Below, piece after piece: positions 31,139-40,104 of a stretch of DNA of 64,000 bases (positions are counted from its first letter, which is position 1; each line of letters opens with the position of its first letter). The notes under the pieces were generated by a model that had not been told where the DNA came from, did not search any database, and worked only from the letters and a program-made list of their open reading frames with translations. Source of the stretch: Citrobacter telavivensis (GTDB taxonomy: Bacteria; Pseudomonadota; Gammaproteobacteria; Enterobacterales; Enterobacteriaceae); NCBI GenBank assembly GCA_009363175.1, contig CP045205.1:856549-920548 (forward strand). The letters run 5' to 3'. The position numbers and the translations under genes were made by a program.

Positions 31139-31436
31139 ACACTCTCGTCAACACGTTGAAAGCGCAGGGGGTTAAACCCCGCCGGCACGTCAGGAACGGC
31201 AGCGGCTGTTTTCCGGAGGTGTTCCGTCAACCGATGACACCTGAACAATGGGTTCGATTCCCGATTCATTCTCCCAATGAAACTGGTTGTTAATCATAGA
31301 AATAAAAACGGGTACTGCGCAGTCAGCAGGCCCCAAAACAGGTTGCCGGTCACGATGCCGCGCCGCAGGCAAAAGGGAATTCCCCTGTAGCTTCGCCTCC
31401 GCACCCGCACCTGACTTTGATAAGGAAAAGAGAAAA
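31139..31436 (+). ncRNA. Candidate structured leader or Y-RNA-like / tRNA-like RNA between the sigma-54 promoter and the first CDS
   Basis: Non-coding stretch of ~300 nt with three elements: GGGGTT-aaa-AACCCC hairpin (31160-31176), 6-bp hairpin AGGTGT...ACACCT (31218-31243), and GGTTCGATTCCC (31251-31262), which is near-identical to the tRNA T-arm consensus GGTTCGAATCC. Confidence 0.3.
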
Positions 31437-32564
31437 ATGACGAAGAAAATCACTATCCGCAAAGGACAATTAGGTCTGTTAGCGAAAAACGGCGACTACT
31501 ATCAGGTTCTGGAGGCGGGTGAACACCGTCTGCCGTGGTTCAATACGCCAGAGGTGCTGGTGGTTAATCTGGACGGTAGCGAAGTGCCGGAAGCGCTGGC
31601 GAATTATTTACGCCGTTTTCAGCCGGACTGGGTAACGCGTTACGGTCTGGCCGTCGATCTTAACGACAGCGAAGCGGGGGCGTTATACATGAATGAGGTG
31701 TTGCAGGAGATCCTGCCGCCGTCCACGCGCCGTTTGTACTGGCGAGCCGACGAGGCGTTGAAACTGGTACGCATGGATACGCGTCAGGTTCAGGTGCCCA
31801 CAGAGGTCATGAATGCGGTCCTGCAACCGCGACGTAACGGTGCGGTTAAAGGTCGTGAAGCGATGCTCACCGTGCAGGTTCCGGCCTGGCATGCGGGTGT
31901 GTTGAAAATTGACGGTGAGACGCAGGCGCTGTTGCCGCCGGGTCTGACGGCGTACTGGAAAGTGAATCATCTGGTTGACGCGGAAGTGGTGGATACCCGT
32001 TTGCAGGTACTGGAAGTGGGCGGTCAGGAAATTTTGACCAAAGATAAGGTCAACCTGCGTCTGAATCTGGCGGCGAACTGGCGTTACAGCGACGTGCTGC
32101 AGGCTTTTGCGCAGCTCACTAAACCGCTCGATCATCTGTACCGCGAACTGCAGTTTGCACTGCGTGAAGCCGTCGGGACGCGCACGCTGGATGAGTTGCT
32201 GGAAGATAAGCAGGTGATTGATGACGTAGTCAGCGCGCAGGTGAAAAAACGTATGGCGCCCTATGGCATCGACGTGGCCTCGCTGGGCGTGAAGGACATC
32301 GTGTTGCCGGGGGATATGAAAACGATTCTGTCCCGTCTGGTTGAAGCGGAAAAATCGGCGCAGGCCAACGTGATCCGCCGTCGTGAAGAAACGGCCGCGA
32401 CGCGCTCGCTGTTGAATACGGCGAAAGTGATGGAAAACAACCCGGTAGCGCTGCGCTTAAAAGAGCTGGAAACCCTCGAAAGAGTGGCGGAGCGTATCGA
32501 TAAAATCTCGGTATTCGGTGGCCTGGACCAGGTTCTGCACGGCTTAGTGAACATTAAAGGATAA
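31437..32564 (+). CDS. SPFH/band-7 (stomatin/HflKC-like) domain protein with no predicted TM helix
   Basis: The C-terminal half is ...EILTKDKVNLRLNLAANWRYSD...GIDVASLGVKDIVLPGDMKTILSRLVEAEKSAQANVIRRREETAA..., an SPFH core plus coiled-coil tail. AAGGAAAAG ribosome-binding site. First gene after the sigma-54 promoter. Confidence 0.8.
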   Translation: MTKKITIRKGQLGLLAKNGDYYQVLEAGEHRLPWFNTPEVLVVNLDGSEVPEALANYLRRFQPDWVTRYGLAVDLNDSEAGALYMNEVLQEILPPSTRRLYWRADEALKLVRMDTRQVQVPTEVMNAVLQPRRNGAVKGREAMLTVQVPAWHAGVLKIDGETQALLPPGLTAYWKVNHLVDAEVVDTRLQVLEVGGQEILTKDKVNLRLNLAANWRYSDVLQAFAQLTKPLDHLYRELQFALREAVGTRTLDELLEDKQVIDDVVSAQVKKRMAPYGIDVASLGVKDIVLPGDMKTILSRLVEAEKSAQANVIRRREETAATRSLLNTAKVMENNPVALRLKELETLERVAERIDKISVFGGLDQVLHGLVNIKG

Positions 32565-32569
32565 GAAAC

Positions 32570-33796
32570 ATGGCACATAACGACTATGCGCTGTTGGCGT
32601 CGCAGAACGCGGCGCCGGTGAAAATGTGGACGCACGGCGTTCCGGTGGAGCCCGAAGCGCGCCAGCAACTGCTGAACACGGCGAAGATGCCGTTTATTTT
32701 TAAACACCTGGCGGTGATGCCGGATGTGCATCTGGGGAAAGGGTCGACCATCGGCAGCGTGATCCCAACCAAAGGGGCGATTATTCCGGCGGCAGTAGGG
32801 GTGGATATCGGCTGTGGGATGATCGCAGTGCGTACTTCGCTGCTGGCCGGCGATCTGCCGGATAACCTCAGCGGGTTGCGGAGCGCGATTGAGCAGGCCG
32901 TTCCACACGGGCGTACGAATACGCGCTCCCGTCGCGACAAAGGCGCGTGGGATACGCCGCCAGAGGAGGTGAGTACTCACTGGGGGATGCTGGCACCGCG
33001 CTTTAAGCGCCTGACTGACAAGTATCCCTCGTTGCTGAAGACCAACAACTATCAGCATCTGGGAACATTGGGAACCGGTAACCACTTCATTGAGGTTTGT
33101 CTGGATGAGCAGCAGCGCGTCTGGGTGATGTTGCACAGCGGCTCGCGCGGCGTGGGGAATGCCATCGGCAACGTTTTCATCACGCTGGCGCAGCAGGATA
33201 TGCAGCAGCATATCGCGAATCTCCCGGACCGAAACCTGGCGTACTTCCAGGAAGAGAGCCAGCACTACAACGACTACATTGAAGCGGTGGAATGGGCGCA
33301 GGATTTTGCCCGGCAAAACCGGGAGGTGATGATGTCCCGTGTCCTGGCCGCGCTGTCGCGCATCGTGAGTAAACCGTTTATCACCCAGCAGGAAGCGGTG
33401 AATTGCCACCATAACTATGTGCAAAAAGAGCGTCACTTTGGTGAAGAGGTGCTGGTGACGCGTAAAGGCGCTGTTTCAGCGCAGAAAGGCCAGATGGGGA
33501 TTATTCCGGGGTCGATGGGGGCGAAAAGCTTCATCGTGCGTGGGCTGGGGAATGAAGAGAGCTTCTGCTCCTGCAGCCATGGCGCAGGAAGAACCATGAG
33601 CCGAACGGCGGCCAAAAAACGCTTTACCGTGGCGGATCAGATCCGCGCGACGGCCCACGTTGAATGCCGTAAAGACAGCGAGGTGATCGATGAAATTCCA
33701 ATGGCTTACAAAGACATTGATGCCGTGATGGCGGCGCAGTCTTCACTGGTGGAGATCGTGCATACGCTGCGGCAGGTGGTGTGTGTAAAAGGATAA
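32570..33796 (+). CDS. rtcB: RNA 3'-phosphate ligase RtcB
   Basis: 408 aa with RtcB signature blocks (MPDVHLGKGSTIGSVIPT, GVDIGCGM, GTGNHFIE, HSGSRGVGN, CHHNYV, NEESFCSCSHGAGR). Very close to the E. coli RtcB sequence as I remember it. Confidence 0.93.
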   Translation: MAHNDYALLASQNAAPVKMWTHGVPVEPEARQQLLNTAKMPFIFKHLAVMPDVHLGKGSTIGSVIPTKGAIIPAAVGVDIGCGMIAVRTSLLAGDLPDNLSGLRSAIEQAVPHGRTNTRSRRDKGAWDTPPEEVSTHWGMLAPRFKRLTDKYPSLLKTNNYQHLGTLGTGNHFIEVCLDEQQRVWVMLHSGSRGVGNAIGNVFITLAQQDMQQHIANLPDRNLAYFQEESQHYNDYIEAVEWAQDFARQNREVMMSRVLAALSRIVSKPFITQQEAVNCHHNYVQKERHFGEEVLVTRKGAVSAQKGQMGIIPGSMGAKSFIVRGLGNEESFCSCSHGAGRTMSRTAAKKRFTVADQIRATAHVECRKDSEVIDEIPMAYKDIDAVMAAQSSLVEIVHTLRQVVCVKG

Positions 33797-33802
33797 AAGA
33801 AG

Positions 33803-34588
33803 ATGGCGAAAAATGCAGTGAGTGCCGCGATGCGCGAACGGGTCGCGCGGCAACTCAAAGAAGTGGAAACGCGTTACGGCGTCAGGGTGCTGTATGCCTG
33901 CGAGTCAGGGAGTCGCGGCTGGGGATTTGCCTCGCCGGATAGTGATTACGATGTGCGGTTTTTGTATGTTCATCCGCCACAGTGGTATCTGCGGGTCGAC
34001 GCGCCGCGCGACGTGATCGAGCTGCCGATAGACGATGAACTGGACGTGTGCGGCTGGGAGTGGCGTAAAGCGCTGGGACTGCTGAAGGGGGCCAACCCGA
34101 CGCTGATCGAGTGGCTGGATTCCCCGGTGGTTTATCAGCAGGATGAGGTCACGGTCAGCGCACTTAAAACGATGATACCGCAGTGGTTTTCTCCACTTCG
34201 CGCACGTTGGCATTACTACTCGATGGCGCGAAAAAACTTTCGCGGCTATTTGCAGGGAGAAGAGGTGCGGCTGAAAAAATACTTCTACGTCCTGCGTCCG
34301 CTGCTGGCGGTGCGTTGGGTCGAAGCGGGTAAAGGCGTTCCGCCCATGCGCTTTGCCGAACTGCTGGCCGGAAGCGAACTGGAGGCGCCGTTACGTCAGG
34401 AGATAGACGAACTGCTGGCGCGCAAACAGCGTGCGGGAGAGGCGGAGTATGGTCCGCGCCGTCCGTTGCTGCATGCGTTCATCCACGCTGAACTGGCGAG
34501 AGGCGAAATCCCGCCCACGCTGCCGGACAGCCGGGAAGGCGACGTGAAGGCACTGGATAAACTGCTTTATGAGACGGTGATGGTATGA
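33803..34588 (+). CDS. Pol-beta-superfamily nucleotidyltransferase, 261 aa, in the position normally occupied by rtcA
   Basis: N-terminal NTase motif ...LYACESGSRGWGFASPDSDYDVRF (hG[GS]...DxD) followed by a helical C-terminal domain. Starts 7 nt after the rtcB stop. Confidence 0.75.
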   Translation: MAKNAVSAAMRERVARQLKEVETRYGVRVLYACESGSRGWGFASPDSDYDVRFLYVHPPQWYLRVDAPRDVIELPIDDELDVCGWEWRKALGLLKGANPTLIEWLDSPVVYQQDEVTVSALKTMIPQWFSPLRARWHYYSMARKNFRGYLQGEEVRLKKYFYVLRPLLAVRWVEAGKGVPPMRFAELLAGSELEAPLRQEIDELLARKQRAGEAEYGPRRPLLHAFIHAELARGEIPPTLPDSREGDVKALDKLLYETVMV

Positions 34589-34594
34589 CTACGT

Positions 34595-34682
34595 TGCCCG
34601 ATGGCGCTGCGCTTATCGGGCCTACGTGGGCAAAATTTGTAGGCCGGATAAAGCGCGGAGCGCCGCCATCCGGCATTGAATC
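34595..34682. repeat. REP cluster between the NTase gene and lysC
   Basis: cccgatggcgctgcgcttatcgggcctac ... gtaggccggataaagcgcggagcgccgccatccggca. Confidence 0.75.
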
Positions 34683-34686
34683 TATA

Positions 34687-36036
34687 TCACTCAAACAAAT
34701 TCTGGTGCAGTTTTTGCACCACTTGCTCGGCTTCGGTGCCAGGCACCAGGAAACAGAGGTTATGGCTGGAAGCGCCATAGCAAATCATACGGATATTGAA
34801 CGGTTCCAGCACGCCGAACACCTCTTTGCCGACGCCGCAGGCTTTCGACAGATCGTTACCAATCAGCGCAACCAGCGCGAGACCCTCTTCAACCTCCACC
34901 CGACACAAGGCAGACAGTTCCATTAGCAGCGACTGCGTCAGCAGCGTATCGCCAGTGGAGGTCGAGCCGGTGGTATCCAGCGTTAGCGCCACGCTCACTT
35001 CGGAGGTGGTGATCAGATCGACCGAGATATTATGGCGTGCCAGAATACCGAATACTTCGGCCAGGAAACCGCGCGAGTGCAGCATATTCAGGCTGTGCAG
35101 CGTTAACAGGGTTTGTTTACGACGCAGCGCCAGCGCGCGGAACAGCGGTGGATTCTGGGTTTTATTGCAGACCAGCGTACCGCCCGCTTTCGGATCTTTA
35201 CTGGAGCCGACGAAGACCGGGATATCGCTGCGCACGGCGGGCAGCAGGGTGGCCGGATGCAGCACTTTCGCACCAAAGGTGGCCATTTCCGCCGCCTCTT
35301 CAAAGGCGATTTCATCAATGCGCTGCGCCGCAGGCACCACGCGAGGATCGGTGGTGTAGATGCCCGGAACGTCCGTCCAGATATCGACACGCGCGGCATG
35401 GAGCGCTTCGGCCAACAGGGCCGCCGTGTAGTCGCTGCCGCCGCGTCCGAGTGTGGTTGTGCGCCCTTTGCCTTCGCTGCCGATGAACCCCTGAGTGATC
35501 ACCAGCCCTTCGTTCAGACGTGGGGTCAGTTGCAGCGTTGCCAGTTCTGCCAGCGCCGCGACGTCAGGTTCGGCGCGACCAAAGCGATCGTTGGTACGCA
35601 TCACTTTACGCACATCGAACCACTGCGCCTGAACGTGACGCTCACGCAGGATTTCAACAAACAGCAGAGTAGACATCAGTTCGCCGTGGCTGACCAGTTC
35701 ATCCGTCAGCGCGGTGGAAGTGGCGAGTGAGGCCGCTTCCGCCAGCGTGGTGATATTTTCCAGCAGACGTTCGATCTCTTCACGAATAACGTTTGGATAA
35801 CGCAGACGTTCCAGGATATCGAATTGAATTTTGCGGATAGCGTCGAGTTTCTCGAAGCGTTCGGTGGGTTCCAGACCTTCAGCCAGTGCAACCAGTAAAT
35901 TAGTGATGCCTGCGGAAGCGGAGAGCACCACTAAACGCACGTTTGCATCGGAAAGCACCACGTCGGCGCTGCGGTTCATGGCATCGAAATCAGCGACGCT
36001 GGTTCCGCCAAATTTGGAAACAACGATTTCTGTCAT
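34687..36036 (-). CDS. lysC: Lysine-sensitive aspartokinase III
   Basis: MTEIVVSKFGGTSVADFDAMNRSADVVLSDANVRLVVLSASAGITN..., 449 aa. Confidence 0.95.
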   Translation of the reverse strand: MTEIVVSKFGGTSVADFDAMNRSADVVLSDANVRLVVLSASAGITNLLVALAEGLEPTERFEKLDAIRKIQFDILERLRYPNVIREEIERLLENITTLAEAASLATSTALTDELVSHGELMSTLLFVEILRERHVQAQWFDVRKVMRTNDRFGRAEPDVAALAELATLQLTPRLNEGLVITQGFIGSEGKGRTTTLGRGGSDYTAALLAEALHAARVDIWTDVPGIYTTDPRVVPAAQRIDEIAFEEAAEMATFGAKVLHPATLLPAVRSDIPVFVGSSKDPKAGGTLVCNKTQNPPLFRALALRRKQTLLTLHSLNMLHSRGFLAEVFGILARHNISVDLITTSEVSVALTLDTTGSTSTGDTLLTQSLLMELSALCRVEVEEGLALVALIGNDLSKACGVGKEVFGVLEPFNIRMICYGASSHNLCFLVPGTEAEQVVQKLHQNLFE

Positions 36037-36059
36037 AACAACCTCGTGTCAGGGAGTGA

Positions 36060-36265
36060 GAAAGCGACCTGGGCACAAAGGCAGAACAGAAACCGGTGCA
36101 GGCGCAAATACCGTATTTATAAATAAAATGTGTGGCCTGGACTGTCAACGCTGGGATTATGCGGATTTTTCATGCTGCGTTTAGCCTCAGTAATGGTGCT
36201 TATAACAACGATACTTTTCGGCGGCATTTGACCGTGGCCAGGCAACGGCACTAAAACAATCACAC
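36060..36265 (-). ncRNA. lysC leader, expected lysine riboswitch (LYS element). Coordinates approximate.
   Basis: ~230-nt untranslated leader. The ribosome-binding-site-proximal part (CCCTGACACGAGGTtGTTATG on the minus strand) matches the E. coli lysC leader as I remember it. Enterobacterial lysC carries a lysine riboswitch. Confidence 0.55.
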
Positions 36266-36328
36266 TTTTCTGTGACTGGCGTTACAATCGATCCCAGTCA
36301 CAATTCTCAAATCAGAAGAGTATTGCTA

Positions 36329-37975
36329 ATGAAAAACATCAATCCAACGCAGACCTCTGCCTGGCAGGCACTACAAAAACACTTTGATGACATGAAGGAC
36401 GTTACTATCGCGGATCTGTTCGCGAAGGATAGCGATCGCTTCAGCAAATTCTCCGCAACGTTTGACGATCTGATGCTGGTGGATTACTCCAAAAACCGCA
36501 TCACCGAAGAGACGCTGGCGAAACTGCAGGATCTGGCGAAAGAGACCGATCTGGCGGGCGCCATCAAGTCCATGTTCTCCGGCGAGAAAATCAACCGTAC
36601 TGAAGATCGTGCCGTGCTGCACGTGGCGCTGCGTAACCGTAGCAATACCCCGATTATCGTGGACGGCAAAGATGTGATGCCGGAAGTCAACGCGGTGCTG
36701 GAGAAGATGAAATCCTTCTCTGAAGCCATTATTTCGGGCCAGTGGAAGGGGTATACCGGTAAAGCGATCACCGACGTGGTTAACATCGGTATCGGCGGCT
36801 CCGACCTCGGCCCGTTCATGGTGACCGAAGCGCTGCGTCCGTACAAAAACCACCTGAATATGCACTTTGTTTCTAACGTCGACGGTACCCATATCGCCGA
36901 AGTGCTGAAGAAAGTGAACCCGGAAACCACCCTGTTCCTCGTGGCGTCCAAAACCTTTACGACGCAGGAAACCATGACTAACGCCCATAGCGCGCGTGAC
37001 TGGTTCCTGAAAACCGCCGGTGACGAAAAACACGTTGCGAAACACTTCGCCGCGCTGTCTACCAACGCGAAAGCGGTCGGTGAGTTCGGTATCGATACCG
37101 CCAATATGTTCGAGTTCTGGGACTGGGTGGGCGGTCGTTACTCGTTGTGGTCAGCGATTGGTCTGTCGATCATCCTGTCCGTCGGTTACGACAACTTTGT
37201 GCAACTGCTGTCCGGCGCGCATGCGATGGATAAGCACTTCTCGACCACGCCTCTGGAGAACAACCTGCCGGTGCTGCTGGCGTTGATTGGTATCTGGTAC
37301 AACAATTTCTTCGGTGCAGAAACCGAAGCGATCCTGCCGTATGACCAGTATATGCACCGTTTCGCGGCCTATTTCCAGCAGGGCAACATGGAGTCTAACG
37401 GGAAATACGTTGACCGTAACGGCAACCCGGTGGATTACCAGACGGGCCCGATCATCTGGGGTGAACCGGGAACCAACGGTCAGCACGCCTTCTATCAGCT
37501 GATTCACCAGGGAACCAAAATGGTGCCTTGTGATTTCATCGCCCCGGCGATTACCCATAACCCGCTGTCCGATCACCATCCGAAGCTGCTGTCTAACTTC
37601 TTCGCCCAGACGGAAGCGCTGGCGTTCGGGAAATCGCGTGAAGTGGTTGAGCAGGAATACCGCGATCAGGGTAAAGATCCGGCCACGCTGGAACACGTGG
37701 TGCCGTTCAAAGTGTTCGAAGGCAACCGCCCGACCAACTCCATCCTGCTGCGTGAAATCACTCCGTTCAGCCTGGGTGCGCTGATTGCGCTCTATGAGCA
37801 CAAAATCTTTACTCAGGGCATCATCCTGAACATCTTCACCTTCGACCAGTGGGGCGTTGAGCTGGGTAAACAGCTGGCGAACCGCATTCTGCCGGAGCTG
37901 AAAGATGATAAAGCGATTGAAAGCCACGACAGCTCGACTAACGGATTGATTAACCGTTATAAAAACTGGCGTTAA
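36329..37975 (+). CDS. pgi: Glucose-6-phosphate isomerase
   Basis: [34 protein letters not shown]..., 549 aa. The ORF-track start at 36272 is an upstream in-frame extension. Confidence 0.95.
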   Translation: MKNINPTQTSAWQALQKHFDDMKDVTIADLFAKDSDRFSKFSATFDDLMLVDYSKNRITEETLAKLQDLAKETDLAGAIKSMFSGEKINRTEDRAVLHVALRNRSNTPIIVDGKDVMPEVNAVLEKMKSFSEAIISGQWKGYTGKAITDVVNIGIGGSDLGPFMVTEALRPYKNHLNMHFVSNVDGTHIAEVLKKVNPETTLFLVASKTFTTQETMTNAHSARDWFLKTAGDEKHVAKHFAALSTNAKAVGEFGIDTANMFEFWDWVGGRYSLWSAIGLSIILSVGYDNFVQLLSGAHAMDKHFSTTPLENNLPVLLALIGIWYNNFFGAETEAILPYDQYMHRFAAYFQQGNMESNGKYVDRNGNPVDYQTGPIIWGEPGTNGQHAFYQLIHQGTKMVPCDFIAPAITHNPLSDHHPKLLSNFFAQTEALAFGKSREVVEQEYRDQGKDPATLEHVVPFKVFEGNRPTNSILLREITPFSLGALIALYEHKIFTQGIILNIFTFDQWGVELGKQLANRILPELKDDKAIESHDSSTNGLINRYKNWR

Positions 37976-37984
37976 TCTGGCGCA

Positions 37985-38062
37985 GTGCCGGATGGCGACG
38001 CTAATGCGTCTTATCCGGCCTACTCTCTACCGTAGGCCTGATAAGCGCAGCGTCATCAGGAA
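37985..38062. repeat. REP cluster downstream of pgi
   Basis: gccggatggcgacgctaatgcgtcttatccggcctac ... gtaggcctgataagcgcagcgtcatcagg. Confidence 0.75.
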
Positions 38063-38077
38063 AGTTAATAATGAAAT

Positions 38078-38106
38078 GAGCCGATATTATTATCGGCTTT
38101 TTTTAT
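38078..38106 (+). terminator. Rho-independent terminator after pgi
   Basis: gagccgata-ttatta-tatcggc followed by TTTTTTT. Confidence 0.75.
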
Positions 38107-38425
38107 AAGATAATTCCGGTTGTCCGTGTTGTTTCCCGCAATTTTATATTGAGCATAATCCTAAAATAATAAATAACCGTAAAATAACCCAGTGTTATTT
38201 TAGGATAATACGGATCGTTTAGCTAAATGAATTTAATGTTAATATGCTGTTTTTAATGATTATTATTATTTTTATAAAAATGAATTGTTCAGCAAAAGTC
38301 CAATTATCCTAAAACCACCTTGCTATTTCCCCCTGCCGTAATTCGCATGCTTTAGTTGTGTATACTCGATCCCGCCCGAAATGCTTTTGGGTAAATCTCC
38401 ATTCATTCAATGAAGGGAAATTGTT

Positions 38426-38668
38426 ATGAAAAAAGTTCTGTATGGCATTTTTGCCATATCTGCGCTTGCGGCGAGTTCTGTCTATGCAGCCCCCGTTCAG
38501 GTGGGTGAAGCGGCAGGGTCGGCAGCAACGTCGGTGTCGGCGGGTAGTTCCTCCGCATCCAGCGTGAGCACCGTAAGTTCGGCGGTGGGTGTCGCGCTTG
38601 CGGCAACCGGCGGCGGTGACGGTTCCAATACCGGGACCACCACTACCACGACCACCAGTACCCAGTAA
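38426..38668 (+). CDS. yjbE: YjbE, secreted Ser/Thr/Gly-rich small protein (exopolysaccharide locus)
   Basis: [46 protein letters not shown]...[10 protein letters not shown]. Confidence 0.88.
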   Translation: MKKVLYGIFAISALAASSVYAAPVQVGEAAGSAATSVSAGSSSASSVSTVSSAVGVALAATGGGDGSNTGTTTTTTTSTQ

Positions 38669-38731
38669 GATCGGTACATTTAATCCTAACCACACTTCGG
38701 TGTGGTTATTTTGCCCCTCTGGAGAAGAGTC

Positions 38732-39370
38732 GTGAAGCGACCTGCACTCATACTACTTTGCCTGCTGTTACAGGCATGCTCAGCCACGACAAAGCAACTG
38801 GGCAACTCACTGTGGGACAGTCTGTTTGGCACGCCCGGCGTACAGCTAACGGACGATGACATTCAAAACATGCCCTACGCCAGCCAGTACATGCAGCTTA
38901 ACGGCGGGCCGCAGCTGTTTGTGGTGCTCGCTTTCGCAGAGAACGGACAGCAGAAATGGGTGACGCAGGATCAGGCCACCCTCGTGACCCAGCACGGTCG
39001 TCTGGTGAAGACGCTGCTGGGCGGCGACAACCTCATCGACGTGAATAACCTCGCGGATGACCCGCTGAATAAACCAAATCAGATCGTCGACGGCACGACC
39101 TGGACACGCACGATGGGCTGGACCGAATACAAGCAGGTGCGCTATGCCACCGCGCGCTCGGTCTTTACATGGGATGGCAACGACACGGTAAAAGTCGGCA
39201 GCGAAGAGACCCCGGTTCGCGTGCTGGATGAAGCCGTCACGACCGATCAGGCTCGCTGGCATAACCGTTACTGGGTCGATGACGAAGGGCAAATCCGCCA
39301 GTCGGAGCAATATCTGGGGGCGAACTATTTCCCGGTGAAAACCACGCTGATTAAGGCGGCAAAATCATGA
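38732..39370 (+). CDS. yjbF: YjbF lipoprotein (probable GTG start)
   Basis: VKRPALILLCLLLQACSATTKQLGNSLWDSLFGTPGV... has a lipobox LLQAC. Confidence 0.85.
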   Translation: MKRPALILLCLLLQACSATTKQLGNSLWDSLFGTPGVQLTDDDIQNMPYASQYMQLNGGPQLFVVLAFAENGQQKWVTQDQATLVTQHGRLVKTLLGGDNLIDVNNLADDPLNKPNQIVDGTTWTRTMGWTEYKQVRYATARSVFTWDGNDTVKVGSEETPVRVLDEAVTTDQARWHNRYWVDDEGQIRQSEQYLGANYFPVKTTLIKAAKS

Positions 39371-40104
39371 TGAAACGGACTATTGCGGCACTGATCTTCA
39401 GTCTGAGCACGTCATCTGTTTTTGCTGCGGGAACCGTTAAGGTCTTTAGCGCAGGCAGCGCAGAACCGAAAACACTTACCGGCGCTGAACATCTTATCGA
39501 TCTGGTGGGACAGCCCAGACTGGCGAACAGCTGGTGGCCCGGTGCAGCGATCGCGGAAGAGAAAGCGACCGTGACGGCGCAGAGCCAGCAGCAGGCGCTG
39601 CTGGGGCGTCTGGCGGCGTTAAGCGGCGAAGAGAGCGGGGAGGGTGCAGCCGCCATTAACGCGCTGCGCCAGCAAATTCAGGCGCTGAAGGTGGCAGGTC
39701 GACAGTGGGTAAATCTCGATCCGGACATTGTGCGGGTCAGCGAGCGCGGCAATCCGCCATTGCAGGGCAACTACACGCTGTGGGTAGGCGCGCAGCCGAC
39801 GGATGTCACAGTCTTTGGTCTGATAAGCCGTCCCGGAAAGCAGCCGTTTATGCCAGGACGCGATGTTGTCAGCTATCTCGAGGGACAACAGCGGCTCAGC
39901 GGTGCAGATCGCAGCTATGCATGGGTGGTTTATCCCGATGGACGAACGCAGAAAGTGCCGGTTGCGTACTGGAATAAGCGTCACGTTGAGCCGATGCCCG
40001 GCAGCATCATTTTTGTCGGCCTGGATGACGCTTTCTGGAGCAGCGAACCGGAAGCGCTTAACGCCGACATTCTTCACACCCTGACGCAGCGGATACCCGA
40101 ATAA
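39367..40104 (+). CDS. yjbG: YjbG, exported protein
   Basis: [27 protein letters not shown]... Overlaps the yjbF stop. Confidence 0.85.
   Translation: MMKRTIAALIFSLSTSSVFAAGTVKVFSAGSAEPKTLTGAEHLIDLVGQPRLANSWWPGAAIAEEKATVTAQSQQQALLGRLAALSGEESGEGAAAINALRQQIQALKVAGRQWVNLDPDIVRVSERGNPPLQGNYTLWVGAQPTDVTVFGLISRPGKQPFMPGRDVVSYLEGQQRLSGADRSYAWVVYPDGRTQKVPVAYWNKRHVEPMPGSIIFVGLDDAFWSSEPEALNADILHTLTQRIPE

Noticed and set aside
31287-31436. ORF-track N-terminal extension of the SPFH gene (MLIIEIKTGTAQSAGPKTGCRSRC...)
   Set aside because: Low-complexity residues and no ribosome-binding site. The internal ATG at 31437 has a strong AAGGA ribosome-binding site and starts the conserved domain. The extension instead overlaps the candidate structured RNA.
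32261-33436. 391-aa minus-strand ORF antisense to rtcB and the SPFH gene
   Set aside because: It is antisense to two well-supported genes and His/Arg-rich nonsense.
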